Part shown: positions 61,425 to 64,000 of the stretch, piece after piece | Numbering within the stretch: position 1 is the first letter of the stretch | Layout of the letters: every line of letters begins with the position of its first letter | DNA from: Promethearchaeota archaeon | GTDB lineage: Archaea > Asgardarchaeota > Lokiarchaeia > Sigyniarchaeales > SOKP01 | Direction: 5' to 3' | Assembly: GCA_048940445.1 (NCBI GenBank) | Contig: JBHLON010000001.1 | Location: 147,454-211,453 of the forward strand | Length of the DNA stretch: 64,000 nt | Program-made: the position numbers and the translations under genes | Notes under the pieces: model-generated | Databases searched by the model: none | What the model was told of the DNA's origin: nothing | Seen by the model: only the letters and a program-made list of their open reading frames with translations

Positions 61425-62029
61425 TTTTCCACACCTACATGCATTGTAGAGAAACCCAAATCCCGCCATAATCTTACTAATCCAGGAATTTCAGGTCGAA
61501 TTTCTGTTTCTATCACTGCAACCTTTTGAGCAACTGTTCTACGGCTCTCTTTTATAATTTCATTAATGTCTCCATAATTAAGAGCCATCGTTTTACACGC
61601 ATCAACGCATGCTGGATTCAATCCCTTAATAATTCGTTCTTGACAGTTATCACATTTTACTGCAATTTCCCTATCTAAAGAAACTTTCCAAGATGAATGA
61701 AATGTAATAGCGTCAAGAGGACAAGCAATAGCGCACATACCACAAGCAATGCATTTTTGTTCATTTAAAAGAATAGATTCTGTTTCTTTATCTCTACTTA
61801 ATGCTCCTGAAGGACAAACATTTATGCAAGGTGCCGGATAACATTGTCTGCATTTACCAGGATAAGTCATTAATCCTATAGAAGGCATTACATGAATTCT
61901 TGGAGTTGGTAAGGATTTTTCAAAAATTGCAGCAAAAAGATTTTTTGATTCTGAGTGTTCTACAGAACATGCAACTTCACAATGTTTACACCCTATACAA
62001 AGTTCTGGCATAACATATACGGTTTTCAT
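61421..62029 (-). CDS. cooF: CooF-like 4x[4Fe-4S] electron-transfer protein
   Basis: CIGCKHCEVAC, CRQC..APC..VCP, CIACGMCAIACP, KCDNC...PACVDAC. Confidence 0.92.
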   Translation of the reverse strand: MKTVYVMPELCIGCKHCEVACSVEHSESKNLFAAIFEKSLPTPRIHVMPSIGLMTYPGKCRQCYPAPCINVCPSGALSRDKETESILLNEQKCIACGMCAIACPLDAITFHSSWKVSLDREIAVKCDNCQERIIKGLNPACVDACKTMALNYGDINEIIKESRRTVAQKVAVIETEIRPEIPGLVRLWRDLGFSTMHVGVEK

Positions 62030-62146
62030 ATTTGGACTTCCCTCTTTCTAATTTTAGTTCTAATTTATCTTTAAAAAAAATACTTTTTATTTAGATTAAT
62101 TTCAATTTTAGATGGTTAAATTTCAAGATTAATAATTTTTTTTAAG

Positions 62147-62164
62147 AACGACAAAAATGTCGTT
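62147..62164. promoter_or_regulatory. perfect inverted repeat (operator) at the cooF promoter
   Basis: AACGACA-AAAA-TGTCGTT about 25 nt downstream (minus strand) of AAAGATTTATAA BRE/TATA at 62200-62189. Confidence 0.65.
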
Positions 62165-62318
62165 GATCTATAGTTGGATTTAACTACGTTATAAATCTTT
62201 TGAATTAACAATCAAATTACCAATCAAAAACTAATTAATTACTTAAGTGGACAAAAATAGATCAATCCCTTCATCATATTCAGAAATTTTTTTTCCGAAT
62301 TAGAATTACTTCAAAATC

Positions 62319-62813
62319 ATGAAAGTATTAATAGTTTATTTTACAATGGGAAGTAGAACAAAGAAGGCAGCAAAAGCTATTGCTAGCCTTCTCAGTAATC
62401 ATGAGATAAATTATTTTCCTATTGAGGTAACGGGGAAATTTAGTGAAAAGCAAAAAAAGTTAGATTAATTCAACAAAGGGAATTTTTCTCTTATAGAAAT
62501 TGAATCAAATAGTATCGAGGTTGCAGATTATGAGTTGATCATTTTTGGTATGCCCACTCATGGTGGATTTCCACCAAAAGTCTTTTATGAAATCCTAACT
62601 AGAATGGGAAATCTTAGTGGAAAACAAGCAATTATATTTACTACAGCTCGTCTTACTTGTGGAAAAACACGAGATTATATGAAAGTAAAAGTTGAAGGAG
62701 CTGGTGCCCTAATAGTTGCCAGTATTAAATTCAGAGGATTTTTCCGACTTGGAATAAAAAATGCTATAAAATTTGGCAAAGAAGTCAATGGAAAAAGTTA
62801 TCAACTAGTTTAA
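62319..62813 (+). pseudogene. flavodoxin-like gene with in-frame premature TAA
   Basis: MKVLIVYFTMGSRTKKAAKAIA... then TAA at 62466-62468; same frame continues YELIIFGMPTHGG...GKQAIIFTT. Confidence 0.8.
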
Positions 62814-63440
62814 TAATTCCTTTAAAAGATCTTCTGCACTAATTACCCCATTTAGCTTTTTTTCTTCATTAATGATTAAGAAAGGGACAGTTGACACATT
62901 GTACTGCTCACCAATATCAGGATGAGCTATAATATCTATTATAACAGTCCTTATCTTACCTTCTGATGCTAACGCAAATTGACTACAGATTGATAAGATA
63001 TTTGGACAATAGACGCAAGAATCTGTAATCAATACTTTTATAATGATAGTGTCTAATTTATTGAGATTTTGTTTTATCGTAGCTTCATAATAGTTGGGAG
63101 CTCCTGTAAATATCATTAATGCTTGTACAAATGGTTCTATCTCTGATGCCATGGGTACCGCTAAATAACGTAAAATTTCAATCCCTTGATTATTTATGAG
63201 TAGAATTGCAGGTGCTTGCTGAACATCATATTTTTTTACTATCTCAGAATTAGATTCAAGTTTATATTCTTCGATTTTTAGCATTCCATTAGAGCCTTTT
63301 TGATATGTATCCATTGTATCCATCATATATACAGACTCTTGAAGATTTTTCGATGATGTAAATAGTTTTAAAGTGACTGGTTTTGTGAGTTTTTTAATTT
63401 CTCCTCTAATCATTCTTTTGTAAATATAGGAAACTGGCAC
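62805..63440 (-). CDS. protein-disulfide oxidoreductase (PDO/AhpF N-domain-like) with a single CxxC
   Basis: Two thioredoxin folds; second has CVYCP and VSTVP; first lacks CxxC; GTG start after AAGTGA. Confidence 0.8.
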   Translation of the reverse strand: MPVSYIYKRMIRGEIKKLTKPVTLKLFTSSKNLQESVYMMDTMDTYQKGSNGMLKIEEYKLESNSEIVKKYDVQQAPAILLINNQGIEILRYLAVPMASEIEPFVQALMIFTGAPNYYEATIKQNLNKLDTIIIKVLITDSCVYCPNILSICSQFALASEGKIRTVIIDIIAHPDIGEQYNVSTVPFLIINEEKKLNGVISAEDLLKELLN

Positions 63441-63478
63441 TAATTTTTCACTTCTGCATATTCTGCTCTTGTTAACTT

Positions 63479-64000
63479 TTATTTTATTAGGTTTAATGCT
63501 ACTTTTACAGCATCCGGAGCTGTTAATGCCCATTCATCGGCACCATATTTATGCGCTATCTGTTCTGTGACAGGTCCTCCCCCTGCCATTATTTTAACTC
63601 CTTTTTCTTTTAATCCTCTTTTTTTTGCTAAATCAACTATCTTTTCTATTTCGGGAAACATGGAGCTTAACATTGCCGAAATTAAAATTAAATCAGCATT
63701 GTTATTTTCAGCTTCATCAATAAATTTACTTGTTGGAACATCAAATCCTAAATCTATTACTTCAAATCCTTCTGCTTCAAACATATATTTTACCATATTT
63801 TTACCAAGATCATGAATATCTCCTTTAACCACACCAATAACCACAACTCCTTTCCTAGATTCTTTAAATTTTTGAGGGGTAATTTCTTTTTTTAAAATAT
63901 TAGCCCCTGCGTAAAAAGCATCGGAAGCTAAAATCATATCTGTAATATACATTGTTTTTTCATATTGGTCAGCAATTTCTTTTATACCTAAATAAAGCCC
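63479..64000 (-). CDS. cobalamin-binding corrinoid protein (methyltransferase cognate), 5' end outside the window
   Basis: GLYLGIKEIADQYE..MYITDMILA cap domain; GDIHDLGKN, DLGFDV, SAML, MAGGGPV, GAD. Confidence 0.93.
   Translation of the reverse strand, partial: GLYLGIKEIADQYEKTMYITDMILASDAFYAGANILKKEITPQKFKESRKGVVVIGVVKGDIHDLGKNMVKYMFEAEGFEVIDLGFDVPTSKFIDEAENNNADLILISAMLSSMFPEIEKIVDLAKKRGLKEKGVKIMAGGGPVTEQIAHKYGADEWALTAPDAVKVALNLIK

Noticed and set aside
61425-61469. Track's longer cooS start, and similar upstream extensions at 63533, 32624, 42344, 49902, 46203
   Set aside because: They overlap neighbours or lack an RBS; downstream starts fit SD/TATA position and family N-termini better
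62466-62468. Stop-codon recoding (Sec/Pyl) in the flavodoxin
   Set aside because: The codon is TAA, not TGA or TAG, and TAA terminates many genes here
2708-63815. Many short antisense or overlapping ORFs in the track (e.g. 2708, 10846, 28185, 58687, 59587, 63567)
   Set aside because: Shadows of well-supported genes on the opposite strand or frame, with no motifs
1-64000. CRISPR arrays, tRNA/rRNA genes, IS elements, proviral genes
   Set aside because: No regularly spaced repeats, cloverleafs, rRNA-like tracts, transposase, integrase or capsid motifs seen by eye

Overview
AT-rich, gene-dense archaeal chromosomal segment. The archaeal uS10, archaeal-type SRP RNA, TATA/BRE promoters, GTGA-type ribosome-binding sites, a longin-domain protein, a Bud23-like methyltransferase and a C4C4 RING-like protein together point to an Asgard archaeon, most likely Lokiarchaeia/Promethearchaeota (inference). 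Content is mostly anaerobic catabolism and housekeeping: MtnA, DUS, an MBL-rhodanese/CMD/DUF302 cluster, AOR, an SCP2-fused glycyl-radical enzyme with its activase, tandem Ldh_2 dehydrogenases, two divergent glutamate dehydrogenases, GuaA, PepF, GH20, GH172, HPS, a FetAB-like ABC transporter, a cooF-cooS-FNOR CO-dehydrogenase operon and a corrinoid protein. Items the ORF track misses: an SRP RNA with an apparently extra Alu-domain hairpin; four genes whose conserved N-termini can only be reached from non-canonical start codons (GTA, ATT, ATT, ATA) placed 5-7 nt after a GTGA Shine-Dalgarno motif; two pseudogenes; and several operator palindromes and UTR hairpins. No CRISPR array, tRNA, rRNA or transposase was seen. 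All family assignments come from motif recognition by eye; no database search was run.
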